From Octopus vulgaris (taxonomy: Eukaryota), in NCBI GenBank assembly GCA_951406725.2, contig OX597814.1:176514001-176578000 (forward strand): a stretch of 64,000 bases of DNA. Reading direction: 5' to 3'. The position numbers were made by a program, and so were the translations under genes. The notes below the pieces were generated by a model. That model did no database searches. It was not told the origin of the DNA and was given only the letters and a program-made list of their open reading frames with translations. Shown piece by piece: positions 23,430 to 35,714 of the stretch (position 1 is its first letter; the number at the start of each line of letters is the position of its first letter).

Positions 23430-23636
23430 CCCTTTCGTTACCAACCCAGCTGAAACCAGCTCTGGCTCTGAGTACAAATGTCTTGTTTTCAAAAGTTTTG
23501 AACTAAAATCTTCTTAGTCACAATTTATGTTCCTAACACTAGCTCGATAACAAGATATTTTACTAAATTCTTTGTTATATTTAAAGTAACTGAAAGAAGC
23601 ACAGAGCATGTCAAAATAAATACAGTAACGAAAGGG
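23430..23636. mobile_element. TTAA-type (piggyBac-like) MITE, CCCTTTCGTTAC TIR family
   Basis: CCCTTTCGTTAC...GTAACGAAAGGG-TTAA; other copies at 31367-31582 and 59353-59572. Confidence 0.8.
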
Positions 23637-24399
23637 TTAATGACATGGCAAAATTTCTAGTGATTGACTTTTGCATGAAAAACATACATTTGCTTTATTT
23701 CAGTATATATTTCTCACCACTATATTAGTTTGCCTAATCAGAATATTTTTCACTCATCCCTTTTCTGTCATTAGGTCAAGTAGCTATGGATTACCTTCTT
23801 TGACAAGCTTTTTGCTACTGATTAGTTTTATGCATTTCTCAGTTGGTGATGTTTAAATTGGTTGTCCATCCACTGCTTTGTATATTTAGCCCGCAGCTGA
23901 TGTGATCTTCCACATTGACACTTGCCTCTAAGATTGTGCCAAGTATGGTAATTTACTTGAAATTGTTGAATAGTCAGCACGATATACAGTCAGTGTGTTA
24001 CTTGCACACAGTCTTTAGCAGGTTGGGAGAATTGCCAGCTTGTCTGGGATGTAAGCACCAGCCTTGTGTGCCATCCACAGGATCTGCAACAATGTAACAT
24101 ATGCTGCTACCAGGACGACATGACCCTGCCAACTTAGTACTGTTGCTCTGTAATTATCATCTCTGTTACACAGCTGTACAGAGCCACTGAGATGACCAGT
24201 GACTTCATCACTTGAATCTATCCTGTGATCTTTCCAAACTTTGATTGGGTCGCTGATTGTTGAGAAATATAACTCAAACACGACAGGTGTCTACACACTA
24301 CTAACCGAAGAACCCTTCAACTTTTTAATAAATTCGAATTTTCTCCCTTGTTTTTAATCATTCTAAACGTTAATAATATTTTTTTTACTATTAGTGTAA

Positions 24400-25350
24400 T
24401 TTAAATTATAATATAATTTAAGTATGATAGTTAGCTCCCACGTAAGTACATGTGGGGGTGTGGTATTCGTTACTGCTATACTGTATTATTTAATGAGGCG
24501 TCATTACTGTTTTATAACGCACGATTGGTTTAAATAATGAAATCTTTATTAATGTTATTTTGACACCTGTACAGATTGAATTTTTTTTTCCTCTTTTTTA
24601 CTTCAGTCAATTGGTAATTTGTTGTACATAGAAAATCTATAAATCTGTGTAAAAAGAAAAACCAAACTTTTTTCACATATGTCGTCCCTACCGAATAATG
24701 AAACGACACGAGAGAAAATGCGCGAGTTGTTAAAATATGAAATTCGTAAAATGCGCGAGTTGTTAAAATATGAAATTCGTAAAATTTGTGTTCAATGTGT
24801 GCTGTTTTCTTATATTAGGTTGCCATTTGAGAGAGTCTTTACTGCTATTTCTAGCAGGTTGACTGTGCATCATGGAAATAGATGGAGCCTCTTCATGGTC
24901 ATTTAAGCTGCTACAAATAACAGCTACATCCCTGTCAAATCACATATAGCCATCTTTAAGGAAATTATATTTTAGGTGATGTAGTCGTACAGAGCCATTC
25001 TTTGGAGAAATTTTTTTATTTTTATCTTCAAATGCCTCTTTAGCCAAAACAGAACACATTTTCTTAACTTTTCGTGAAGACCCTATGGAGAACTACGAAA
25101 CTCATAATGAATTCCTTTTCCAGTACGTGGCCTGTAGCCCGATGTGCAGCTGGATAGTAGTGGTCATCGATAGTCACTACTTTATAAAGAAGCTTTTTTT
25201 TTTTTAAAGCTTCTTTATCCTAGAATTTGTTGGCGAGAAAAAGTAGCAGCAAATTAAAGAATCGACGGTTCTGATTTAGGAGTTATATTTTATATCAGAA
25301 CGGCAGCCATTTCTTCGTACGAGTGTTTTCATTAACGTGTATTTTCGCAT
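24400..25350 (+). promoter_or_regulatory. Candidate CpG-retaining promoter and non-coding first exon of the downstream gene
   Basis: Repeat-poor and visibly richer in CpG than the flanks; ATTGG near 24523; YY1-like GCAGCCATTT at ~25303 just before a possible donor GTACGA at 25317; the first coding exon has a splice acceptor, so an upstream exon is required. Confidence 0.3.
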
Positions 25351-26357
25351 TTATCTAAAATTGTTATATTGCACGTACTTTAATATTTATTTTTATTTAT
25401 TTATTAAATCGAATTAATTAACCAAGCTTTAATAATATATATAATTTTAGTCTCCATTTCAATGATCCATCATGTTAATAATTGCTAGTAATTGGTTACG
25501 CAAGAAATACGAAACTAACAAAGTTGAGAAATTCCATTAGTATGTCCGAAAATCCGTTCAAACGGAACTGTTTACATATCTGCAGTATTTTGGTATTGTG
25601 TTTATAACTTAAAAGCCAGTGATCCAACAAGCTTTTGAAAGTAAGACCTTTCGTGAAATTAACGTTTGTTTATTAAAAAGACACTTGCGATTATTTTAAT
25701 TTGAAAAAAAAAAAAAAAGATCTCTTAGTATGTGTTTATTTTGTGAAGTATTTCCATTTAAGTGGTTTTTCTTGTTTTTAAGTTTCCAGTTAAACGCATT
25801 TGCTTTAATGATATTCCTGCTGTTGATAATTTTAACGTTGTGTTTATGCGTGTTATGAAATAGTTTTGAGAGGATTGTCCTTACATTTTGACATCCTTTT
25901 TTCGTCATAAAACAACGTAAATTAATGTTTCTTGCGTTTGATTTGTATTGTAGTCAGTGGGGTAGGGTACATTGTAACATTGATGTCTTTCCTAATAACA
26001 CTAGAGATGTGAGTATTCTGATACCGTTTTGCTAACTGTGAACGGGAACCCTTAACCGTAATTCTACATGTTTGTTATACCATACTTTAATTTTTGTACT
26101 CCGTTACACTACAGTTGTTAGCTGTGTGGTTTGGAGATCATATGGCACCCGTTTTGTTACGCTACGTGTATCTTTTTCTTTTCAAGTTGAAAAATAAAAC
26201 GTCATTATATAAAACTGCATGTGAATTTCTAGTTAGCTCTCCAATGTTCCAAGCATTATTACATATGTTAACACTAAAGCTTAGCCATTTATGTTTGTGT
26301 TAAGACTCGATTCCATCATGAGATAAAGGTGCCAACTTTTAGAGGCTATGGAGTGTC

Positions 26358-26764
26358 GGATCTTTTCGGTTTGAACCGCATTTTTTTTAAAAATAATTTC
26401 CACGTAACTAAACACTTTTAAACTTCGTATACTGGTAGAATGTGTTTATAAAACATCTTTTTCTCTTGGCTTTATTGAGAAAATTCTATAGTTTGTAAGA
26501 TATTTGTTGTTGTTTTTCTTCAATTTCAGCCAATCAATGACGTCTATTGAGATGAAAACATTCTGTGCCGTATGAATATGTCCCTCGTTTAAGAAACAGA
26601 TTGGGTTTATTTACATTTGGGAAGAAAAAAGATACCCTTCCACCACCCTTAACCCTTACCCTAAAACATTGAAATGCAATAGATCGATACTAGGGTCATA
26701 ATTATGGGTGACAATTTCATATGACACCGCTAGGAAAAACTGCTGTTCAAACCGAAACGATTCC
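26358..26764 (-). mobile_element. Merlin-like MITE, inverted copy of 16783-17197
   Basis: Reverse-complement match along its length, same TIRs; no clear TSD. Confidence 0.75.
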
Positions 26765-27239
26765 AAATAGCACAATCTTAGACATTTTGAAAGGTGAGAG
26801 GGAAGACAAACGATGATTTCAAATTCCTCAGGTGTATGTAAGAATCATCAACATAAAATGATTTTAATAATTTGTGTGTGAATATATGTATGTATAATGT
26901 TATTAATATGTCTATCTTCCTGATCAATCCAGTTCACCTACATGAACTGATTTGGTCTGGAAGATTGCAACCAATACTTCTGGATCTTTCTCTCCTGAAT
27001 TCAGTGCTTTATTGCTAACCCAAAATTTCATTCACACACATTTAGTTATTATTATTATTATTCTCTATCCCCTTTCTTGTTCACTCTTGGTATTTGTTGC
27101 TGTCATCCAGTATCCACTACTCGTGGTAATGTGGAGACAGACTACTCTTATGTTGAGGGCCTTGTGCCTATATTAGCTATCAGCGAATTTGTGAAAAAGA
27201 TCAGTTTTGAATGAAAGTGGGTGAGATTGGAGGTGTCTG

Positions 27240-27510
27240 TTATTCTTTTACACAAAGGTGATTGTGGTGATTGGAATTGATGTTTAAGTACTTAAGATAT
27301 TGGTTAGGTTTGTGATATGGGGAGTGTTGGGAGGTTTCTAAGTTTAAAGTTATGTCTAGAAAATTAGTGGTTTTGTGGGAATTTTCAAAAGTAGTAGATA
27401 GATTGAGGCTAGAGAATAATTTGTGTAGATCTTTGCTAGTTCGTTCTAAAGAGGATTCATTTAAGCTCTTGGTGACTAGCAAGACATCATCTCTGTAGAG
27501 GCCTCCCATT
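27240..27510 (-). pseudogene. Penelope-like element reverse transcriptase fragment
   Basis: GLYRDD...NFLDITLNL...YHKPNQYLKYLNINSNH: catalytic YxDD plus the PLE-type thumb motif. Confidence 0.8.
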
Positions 27511-27807
27511 GATATTAGGGGAAATGTATTTGGAACTGGAATCTACATCTCCACACTTTCCATTCGCAATGACAAAATATGAACCCCTATTGGAATTTAC
27601 ATACCACGGACAGGAAACATTTCTATCACTTCTACACACCACTTTCCTTGGATAATGGAACTGCAACTATAACATCTTTATACATTTTAATTTTTATTTC
27701 TGCATTCATTCTCCTATTTCCCTATATACTTATTTGTTTCCTTTTCCAGATTAACTTCTCATATTGAACTCTAATATTTCCCTCTATTTAACCATCTCGC
27801 ATCGACT

Positions 27808-27847
27808 CTGATGAAAGGATATCCCTAATATCCCAGAAACAGCTGTA
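27808..27847 (+). ncRNA. Minimal hammerhead core of the Penelope element, disrupted by a SINE insertion
   Basis: CTGATGA-AA-GGATAT-CCCTA-ATATCC-CA-GAAAC-AGCT-GTA with palindromic ACAGCTGT stem III; stem I not well formed. Confidence 0.6.
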
Positions 27848-27851
27848 AACT

Positions 27852-28229
27852 GCCAGTGAGCTGGCAGAATCGTTAGCACGCCAGGCGAAATGCTTAGCGG
27901 TATTTTGTCTGCCGCTACATTCTGAGTTCAAATTCCGCCAAGGTCGACTTTGCCTTTCATCCTTTCGGAGTCAATCAAATAAGTACCAGTTACGCACTGG
28001 GGTCGATATAATCGACTTAATCTGTTTGTCCCCTCTGCGTTTAGCCCCTTGTGGGTAGTAAAGAAATAGGTATGTCGTTTGCAATTATGTTCTGAGTTCA
28101 AATTCCGCCAAGGTCAACTTTGCCTTTCAGGGTTGATAAATTAAGTACCAGTTACACACTGGGGTCGATGTAATCGACTTAATCCCTTTGTCTGTCCTTG
28201 TTTGGCCTCCTGTGGGCAATAAAGAAATA
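27852..28229 (+). mobile_element. SINE family A dimer inserted into the Penelope HHR
   Basis: 17-bp TSD AGAAACA(G/C)CTGTAAACT at 27835-27851 and 28230-28246. Confidence 0.85.
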
Positions 28230-28469
28230 AGAAACACCTGTAAACTAACTTTCTCTTTATAAATGTCCTGAAAATTCCACACAGCCTTGGCTTTGGGTTC
28301 TCATTTAACATATACATGCTCATATAAGACATGCATTAGATTCCTCACTCGTATCATTATCGAACCAAGAGTTTAATTACAGTCCTTCCATAGCATTTAC
28401 ATAGTGTTATCTGCCTCCTTGGATCTTCTGGATACTAATGCCTCATATATATATATATATATATATATG

Positions 28470-28650
28470 TAAAAAGCACCCACTACACTCATGGAGTGGT
28501 TGGCGTTAGGAAGGGTATCCAGCCGTAGAAACATTGCCAGATCAAACTGGGCCTGGTGCAGCCTTCTGGCTTCCCAGACCCCAGTTGAACCGTCCAACCC
28601 ATGCTAGCATGGAAAGCGGACGCTAAACGATGATGATGATGATGATGATG
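28470..28650 (+). mobile_element. SINE family C copy between (TA)n tracts
   Basis: Family C body and (GAT)n tail. Confidence 0.75.
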
Positions 28651-29486
28651 ATATATATATATATATATATATATCATTATCATCATCGTTTAACGTCTGT
28701 TCTCCATGCTAGCACGATGGGCTTCTTTCAGTTTCTGTCTACCAAATCCACTCACAAGGCTTTGGTTGGCCCGAGGCTATAGTAGAAGAAACTTGCCCAA
28801 GGTGCCATGCAATGGGACTGAACCTGGAACCATGTGGTTGGTAAGGAAGCTACTTAGCACACAGCCACTGCTGCTCCTGTTATGGTAGCATTTGGTTAAC
28901 AAGTGTAACAGATTGACTTTAAACTGATTGAAATGGAATTTGGTCACATTGAGAAACAGGTTGTAACAATAGAAAAGACACAAAAATATTTTTCTGTCTC
29001 AAAAGTGTGTTATCAAATTGGATTTCATAATCTGGTAAATAACGTCAATAACCTTGATAAGTGAATTATTTTTTAAAAACTGATGGCAATGTATTATTTC
29101 ACATCTGAGTAAATCACAGAGAATTTCATTTTTTTTTTTTTTTGTAAACTTTGTTGGATTTGTTTGGCCCTAGGTCAGCCTATAGTTAAAACACATTCTG
29201 GTTGTTACCATTCTATTATTTTCCCAGACATAGTAAATCATAGACTCACTATGTCTGGCAGAGAGATAAACAACAATAAAGCTTGCCAGAAAATCCTCTA
29301 TATTTTACTCTTTTGCTCTACCATCAGGTTTAATGTACTTCTGTATCAAGGTTATTCACCTGATTATGAAATTAAGTTTATTGATAACACACACTTGAGA
29401 CATTCAGCAAAAATATTTCCATTTGGTTTTTGCTACTATTGTTAAGATAACCCCTGTTTCTCACTATGATGAAATTCCATTTTAAT

Positions 29487-29849
29487 CACTGTGGTAAGTA
29501 GCTTGCTTACCAACCACATGGTTCTGGGTTCATTCCCACTGCATTGGCACCTTGGGCAAGTGTCTTCTACTATAGCCTCGGGCTGACCAAAGCCTTGTGA
29601 GTGGATTTGGTAGACGGAAAATGAAAGAAGCCCATCGTATATATGTATGTGTTTTTGTTTGTCCCCACCAACATCGCTTGACAACTGATGCTGGTGTGTT
29701 TACGTCCCCGTAACTTAGTGGTTCGGCAAAAGGGACTGATAGAATAAGTACTAGGCTTACAAAGAATAAGTCCTGAGGTCGATTTGCTCGACTAAAGGTG
29801 GTGCTCCGGCATGGCCACAGTCAAGTGACTGGAACAAGTAAAAGAGAGT
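29487..29849 (+). mobile_element. SINE family B copy
   Basis: Head, core and tail present. Confidence 0.8.
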
Positions 29850-30257
29850 TTAACTTTATTTTTTAACCCTGAAGTTAAATTTTGTGATGCCAGTAATTTG
29901 TGTTCAGAAAATAATGTGGATGGCAATAATTGATAATGCATTATCTATGAGGTTTATGTATATACTCATTTTCAATCAAAACATCAACTAGGTAATTTGA
30001 GAGAACAATAATAAACAAGTTGAACTAGATAAAAGCTTGATAAAATGTCACTGAACCTGCTAAAGTGCTGTGCCAAATAGATTTAGACTAAATCATTTAG
30101 CTAAATCATTATCACTGATTACTAGTTTGGTAGCCAGCTACAAATCCAGAAGGGTTTATATCTCAAAGATTAATTACAAATGGGTTACAATTTATAGATA
30201 GAATGGTTGAATGATTAAGAAGTTCACTGTGTAATCATGAAGTCTTGGGTTCAATTA

Positions 30258-30775
30258 CATCATCATCATTTAACGCCTGCATTCCATGCTAGCATGGGTT
30301 GGACGATTTAACTGATGAATGGCGAACCAGATGGCTGCACCAGGCTCCAATCTTGATCTGGCAGAGTTTCTACAGCTGGATGCCCTTCCTAACGCCAACC
30401 ACCCTGAGAGTGTAGTGGGTGCTTTTATATGCCACCGGCACGGGGCCAGTCTGGCAACGCCGGGAGAAATGCTTAGCGGTATTTCGTCTGTGTTACGTTG
30501 TGAGTTCAAATTCCGCCGAGGTCGACTTTGCCTTTCATCCTTTCGGAGTTGATAAATTAAGTACCAGTTACGCACTGGGGTCGATGTAATCGACTTAATA
30601 CCTATGTCTGTCCTTATTTGTCCCCTCTGTGTTTAGCCCCTTGTGGGTAATAAAGAAATAGGTACTGGCAACGGCCAAGCTCAAATGGTGGTTTTTACGT
30701 GCCACCTACACAGGAGTCAGTCCAGCAGCACTGGCAACGACCTCACTCGAATGTTTTGTTCATGTGCCACTGGCA
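30258..30775 (-). mobile_element. SINE family C copy with nested family A SINE (~30451-30661, +)
   Basis: Family C sequence resumes after the family A tail. Confidence 0.7.
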
Positions 30776-31366
30776 CACTGTGTGATATTTTGGGTAAATG
30801 TCTTTTATCATAGGCTCTGGTCAACTCAGGACTTTGTGAGTGAAATTGGGTTGCTGGAAACTTTGTGGTAGCTTATCAGAGGGATTGTACTTTTAATTCA
30901 AAGGTACAGCCATGTCATACTGAATCTGTTTGAGAATTCACTGCACACATGTTCAGGCTCTTAAGTACTAAATCAATAAACAAGTAATTAAGCATATTGA
31001 ACAATTGACTACTCATCAACACTGACTGATATCCAGTTTATAATTCATAGAAAACTATGTGGTTTTGAGTAACTTGAAAATAAATCCCAAGTGACAATAT
31101 CAGATTATCTTGATTTCTCAATGAAACATGTTATTGGTAAATCTATAAAATTATTAAATATTCCATAAAAAAAGCAGAGAATAGAAGCATATCTCTATGC
31201 TGGTAACATTTTTCACTGACGTTTTAGTCAATGATGATATATACTGCTTACTTGTCCAATCCATACCAGTACAGAAAAATTGATGTTTACTCAACAGAAT
31301 ATTACGTTGTAATTCATTTGCTTTTAGTCCAATGAATTGGGCCCTGTACTTTTTTTTTCTTTTTAA

Positions 31367-31582
31367 CCCTTTCATTACTGTATGTTTTTTTAGATGCTCT
31401 GTGTTTATTTCAATTACTTTAAATGTAACAAAGAATTTAGTAAAATAACTTACGTATAATTCAGCCAGTGTTAGAAACATAAATTGTGACTAAGGTGGAA
31501 GATTTTAATTCAAAACTTATGAAAACAAGACATTTGTACTACAGAGCCAGAGCTGGTTTCAGCCGGGTTCGTAACGAAAGGG
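31367..31582. mobile_element. TTAA-type MITE copy
   Basis: TTAA-CCCTTTC..GAAAGGG-TTAA. Confidence 0.8.
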
Positions 31583-31959
31583 TTAAATCTAGTATTCATT
31601 CTATCAGCCTCTTTTACTGAACTGCTAAGTTAAGGGAACATGAACACACCAACACTGGTTGTCAAGTGGTGGTGGTGAGACACAGATACAAAGACACAGA
31701 CATATATAAATATTGATAAACACACACATACATGATGGACTTCTTTCACTTTTCACTCACAAGGCTTTTGTTGGCCAAGGTTATAGTAGTATATAATTGT
31801 CCAAGGTGCCACACAGTGAGACTGATCCTGGAACCATATGGTTGGGAAGCAAACTTCTTACCACACAACCATGCCTGTGGTTCTATTTAATGCTTGTATC
31901 TTTTATCTATGGTAAAGTGAATATGTATTACTAATAAGACTGTTGTCAATTAGAGACCT

Positions 31960-32186
31960 ATATGGGGGGGGGAGTGCTGAAAAGTTCCTGGCTTTAGGAG
32001 TATTGCAAAAGACCTGGTTGGAAGCCCAACTTTCCGAGTTCTTTTACAAGGCTTAGGGAAACTAAGGGCTGCTGCAATAAGTGTGTGAATCTGAACAGGG
32101 AATATATTGAATAAAATCATAGTTAACTGATCCTCATATATTTTTCTTTTACTCAAAGCCAGGAACTTTTCAGCATCCACTCATCT
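31960..32186. mobile_element. Mariner-type MITE (relative at ~42488-42672)
   Basis: TGCTGAAAAGTTCCTGGCTTT / AAAGCCAGGAACTTTTCAGCA inverted repeats. Confidence 0.65.
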
Positions 32187-32939
32187 GTATGTCTCTTATT
32201 TATTAATAGATTGAAATAAAAATCTTCATTATGATAAACTAACCCCACCAATAAATTATTGATGATTCAAGTTTAGTTAATGTCTTTGGATAACCAAAAA
32301 TTACCAGCTTTCATTAGGTGCAGGCATGGCTGTGTGGTTAAGAAGCTCACTTTGCAACCATCTGGTTTCAAGTTCAGTCCCACTGCATATCATCTTTGGC
32401 AAGTGTCTTCTATTATAACCCCAATGCAAACAATACCTTGAGTGAATTTGGTAGATGGAAACTGTCATGTATCTACGTATATATATATATCTGGGTGTCT
32501 GTGTTTGTCACCCCTCCTGCTACCATTTGACAATCAAATTTGGTCTGCTTATATGCCTGTAACTCAGTGCTTTGGCAAAAGAGACCAATAAAGTACCAGT
32601 CTTGAAAAGAAAAGAAAAATAGTACTCTGAGGTTGATTTATTCAACTAAAATCTTTCAAGGTCGTGCCTCAGCATGGGCACAGTCCAGCAACTCAAACTG
32701 ATAAAAAATAATAACTTGTGTTTCTGGCTGTAGCCATCTTAAAGAAATCTGTATCCCTTCATTTTCTTTTTTTTTTTTTCAACTAAAAACTTGTATTTTT
32801 ATGAATGACCAAGTTCCACTTTTTATTCAGATTCTTGAGAATTTTTAATATTTTTTTTACTTTCAAAATTGTAGAAATGAATGTTTAAAACAAAATTTTT
32901 TTTTTTTTCTTTTCTGTTCTTCTATTTTAGAAATTTTAA

Positions 32940-33187
32940 ATGATGGCTAACAATCTGCCTGCCGGGAAGATGTACAAGAAACCAATAAAGAAAAATGTTG
33001 GTTTACGGGCATTCTTTCCTGAAATGCCCATCAGCATGAGTAACTTGGAGAAAGCCAAAATCTGGGTAAAAAGGCATAACAACAACTATTTTATGGGATG
33101 GACTCAAGAACAGCTTCAAAGTCTTGACCCCATTGTCAGGCCACTGACCATCATTACACCAGAATTGTACAAGCGGCACATGAATAG
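32940..33187 (+). CDS. Coding exon 1 of an uncharacterised 756-aa protein with a duplicated domain
   Basis: Strong polypyrimidine acceptor ending TTTTAG at 32930; in-frame TAA immediately before ATG 32940; donor AG|GTTAGT at 33187/33188 (phase 2); peptide is homologous to part of the last exon. Confidence 0.85.
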
Positions 33188-33284
33188 GTTAGTAGTAGCC
33201 ACTGATTACTTAGGGGTAATTTCAGTCTTATTAATGATGTTTTGATTTTATAATATTTTCTACATGTATTCTTTGCATTTATGT

Positions 33285-33321
<37 letters not shown>

Positions 33322-33333
33322 TGTAGGATTCAT

Positions 33334-33382
<49 letters not shown>

Positions 33383-33598
33383 TCTTTTGTTTTGTCCTGC
33401 ATTTTAACAAGAAAAACTACAAATTGAAATTGAATGACAACTTTGGAATGTTTATTCTTTTGCTGGAATTTCAATATCGTTTTAAATTCTTTAGATTCTA
33501 ATTAAATTCGTTGACAGAAAGTTTTAGGAAAAAATACGGAATGTAAAATATAGTTGAGTATATAGCCGTTAAAAATATAATTGACTCTATCATGTTTT

Positions 33599-33900
33599 AG
33601 AACTCTTATATTAAAATATACATAAATCTTAGCATACTTCTGGTAGCAGACTTTTATGTGGTCACTTTGCCTGCAGGAAATAGCAACCAAAGTTCCTTCA
33701 TGTTCTACCATCTTAGAAAGCCTGAGACACATTATGTCAGAAAAAAAGAGAACTCTTATTTTACAATATACATAAATCTTAGTATACTTCTGGTAGCAGA
33801 CTTTTATGAGGTCACTTGGCCTGCTGGAAATAGCAACCAAAGTTCCTTCATGTTATGTTCTACCATCTTAGAAAGCCTGAGACACAATATGTCAGAAAGA
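33599..33900. repeat. ~150-bp tandem duplication
   Basis: AGAACTCTTAT...ATGTCAGAAA occurs twice, starting near 33599 and 33749. Confidence 0.8.
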
Positions 33901-35195
33901 AAACAAGGTAGTCACAGCTGGAAGATCTTGTTATATAACAAAGTTGAACCCTTAAGATCATCATCATCAACACTTAATATCCATTTTCCATGCTGGCATG
34001 TGTTGGACGGCTTGGCAGAAACTGGCAAGGCCAGGGGCCATACCAGATTCCATAGTCTGTTTTGGCTTGGTTTCTGTGGCTGGATGTTCTTCCTAATGCC
34101 AACCACTTACTAGGTGCTTTTTACAGGACACCAGCATCCGCACCAATACTTTTTACGTGACACATTGGTTTTAGGATCTCGATTCTATTTTGGTGCGTAT
34201 GTCTTCTTAAGATGTTCATTTAGAACTTAGAAGACAATTAAATTTCAATACTGTATGGTATTTATGTGGTCCAACATAATACCATTTTGAGCAACAAAGA
34301 AGCCTCTACATGGTTACACAATCTGGTAGAAATAGTAATTGAATCTCCCTCAAGTCACACCGTCATCTTAAATAAAGATGGAATATATTTAACAATGTCC
34401 TAGATACTCTTTAAAAGAGAGGAAGGTCATGATTGAAATTCCTTTGATCAAACATTTGCTGTATCAGGAATGCCCTGGGGTGAAATACCAAGCACCATTT
34501 GTGACTTGAACCAATTCCATATCACCCTCACTTACATCTGTGTACTTTTAAGGATACATTACATAAGATTGACCAAGGTACATTAAGCTCTGGAATAGAT
34601 GGAATAGTCATGACTGATAAGCCTTTGATTATAGGTTGGCCTCTTTGAAACTGCTTCATGGTTAAGGAACAACAACTACAGCAAATCTGAATTATGTTGC
34701 TTTCAAATTAGTTTATGTTTTCTTTTGAAAATAAAATACAAAAAAGACAGAAAACCAGTCCTAGCAGTCCATGCTAAGAATAAGCTTTGCTTTCAGCTTT
34801 TGCCAAATTCTATCTGTTTATTAGTAGGAAATGTTATTGAAGTTTTCTTATTAGAGGGGGAAAAAGCTATTAATATTGATTTAAAATAAATTGAAACTGG
34901 TTTTGGTATTCTATTGTAACCTTATTTTTCACTTACTAGTTCATTCTCCAAATAATTTTTAGTTTTTCGTACTGCTATATAAAAACGTACCACTGAGCTG
35001 GGTTTGAACTTGGGAGAATTTTATAGCTTTCTCAACTCAAGATTTCAGTGTGACAATCTCTGTGATGGATAGAAAAATCTGTTAAGAAAGTAAACCAATT
35101 AAAACCCACAGTACAGGACATGGAACAAAAGTTGAAAAATAAAATTAATAGTTAAAAAATTATAAATTATTTAACACTAACTTGTCTCAGGCTTA

Positions 35196-35714
35196 TGAGG
35201 GTGAGTCAAAAAGTAATGGCAACACAGGAACATGTATCATACATCAAAACGAAGCTGGTCCTCTGTAGATCACATCCCTACTTCTCAACATAGTCACTGT
35301 TTCTCTCAATAGCAATGTTCCACCTTTGAATGAGAGCATGTATTCCTTGCCCAGTAAAATTCTGTTTACTGTTCTTTGATCCACTTCTTCACTACAGTTT
35401 ACACTTCCTTGTCACTGGACTATCATCTCTTTGGCCCCATAAAAGAGGGTTTGAGAGGCAAACCTTATTCCAGTGACGCGGAAGTGAAAGCTGTAGTGAA
35501 TAAGTGGCTCAAAGAACAATCAACAGAATTTTACGGGGCAGGGATAGATGCTCTCATTCAAAGGTGGAACATTGCTATTGAGAGAAATGGTGACTGTTGA
35601 AGTAGAGATGTGATCCACAGATGATCAGCTTCATTTTGATGTATGATACATGTTCCTGTGTTGGTAATTATACCTGTCCTAAACAAAATGGCATTACTTT
35701 TTAACTCACTCTTG
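35196..35714. mobile_element. Mariner-derived non-autonomous element with long TIRs and a transposase C-terminal remnant
   Basis: TA-flanked GAGGGTGAGTCAAAAAGTAATG termini; 35410-35600 translates SLDYHLFGPIKEGLRGKPYSSDAEVK...IQRWNIAIERNGD (mariner C-terminus). Confidence 0.85.

Noticed and set aside
24015-24281. Possible Tc1 transposase relic (W..H...SSDE)
   Set aside because: Too degenerate; no TIRs or further catalytic motifs seen
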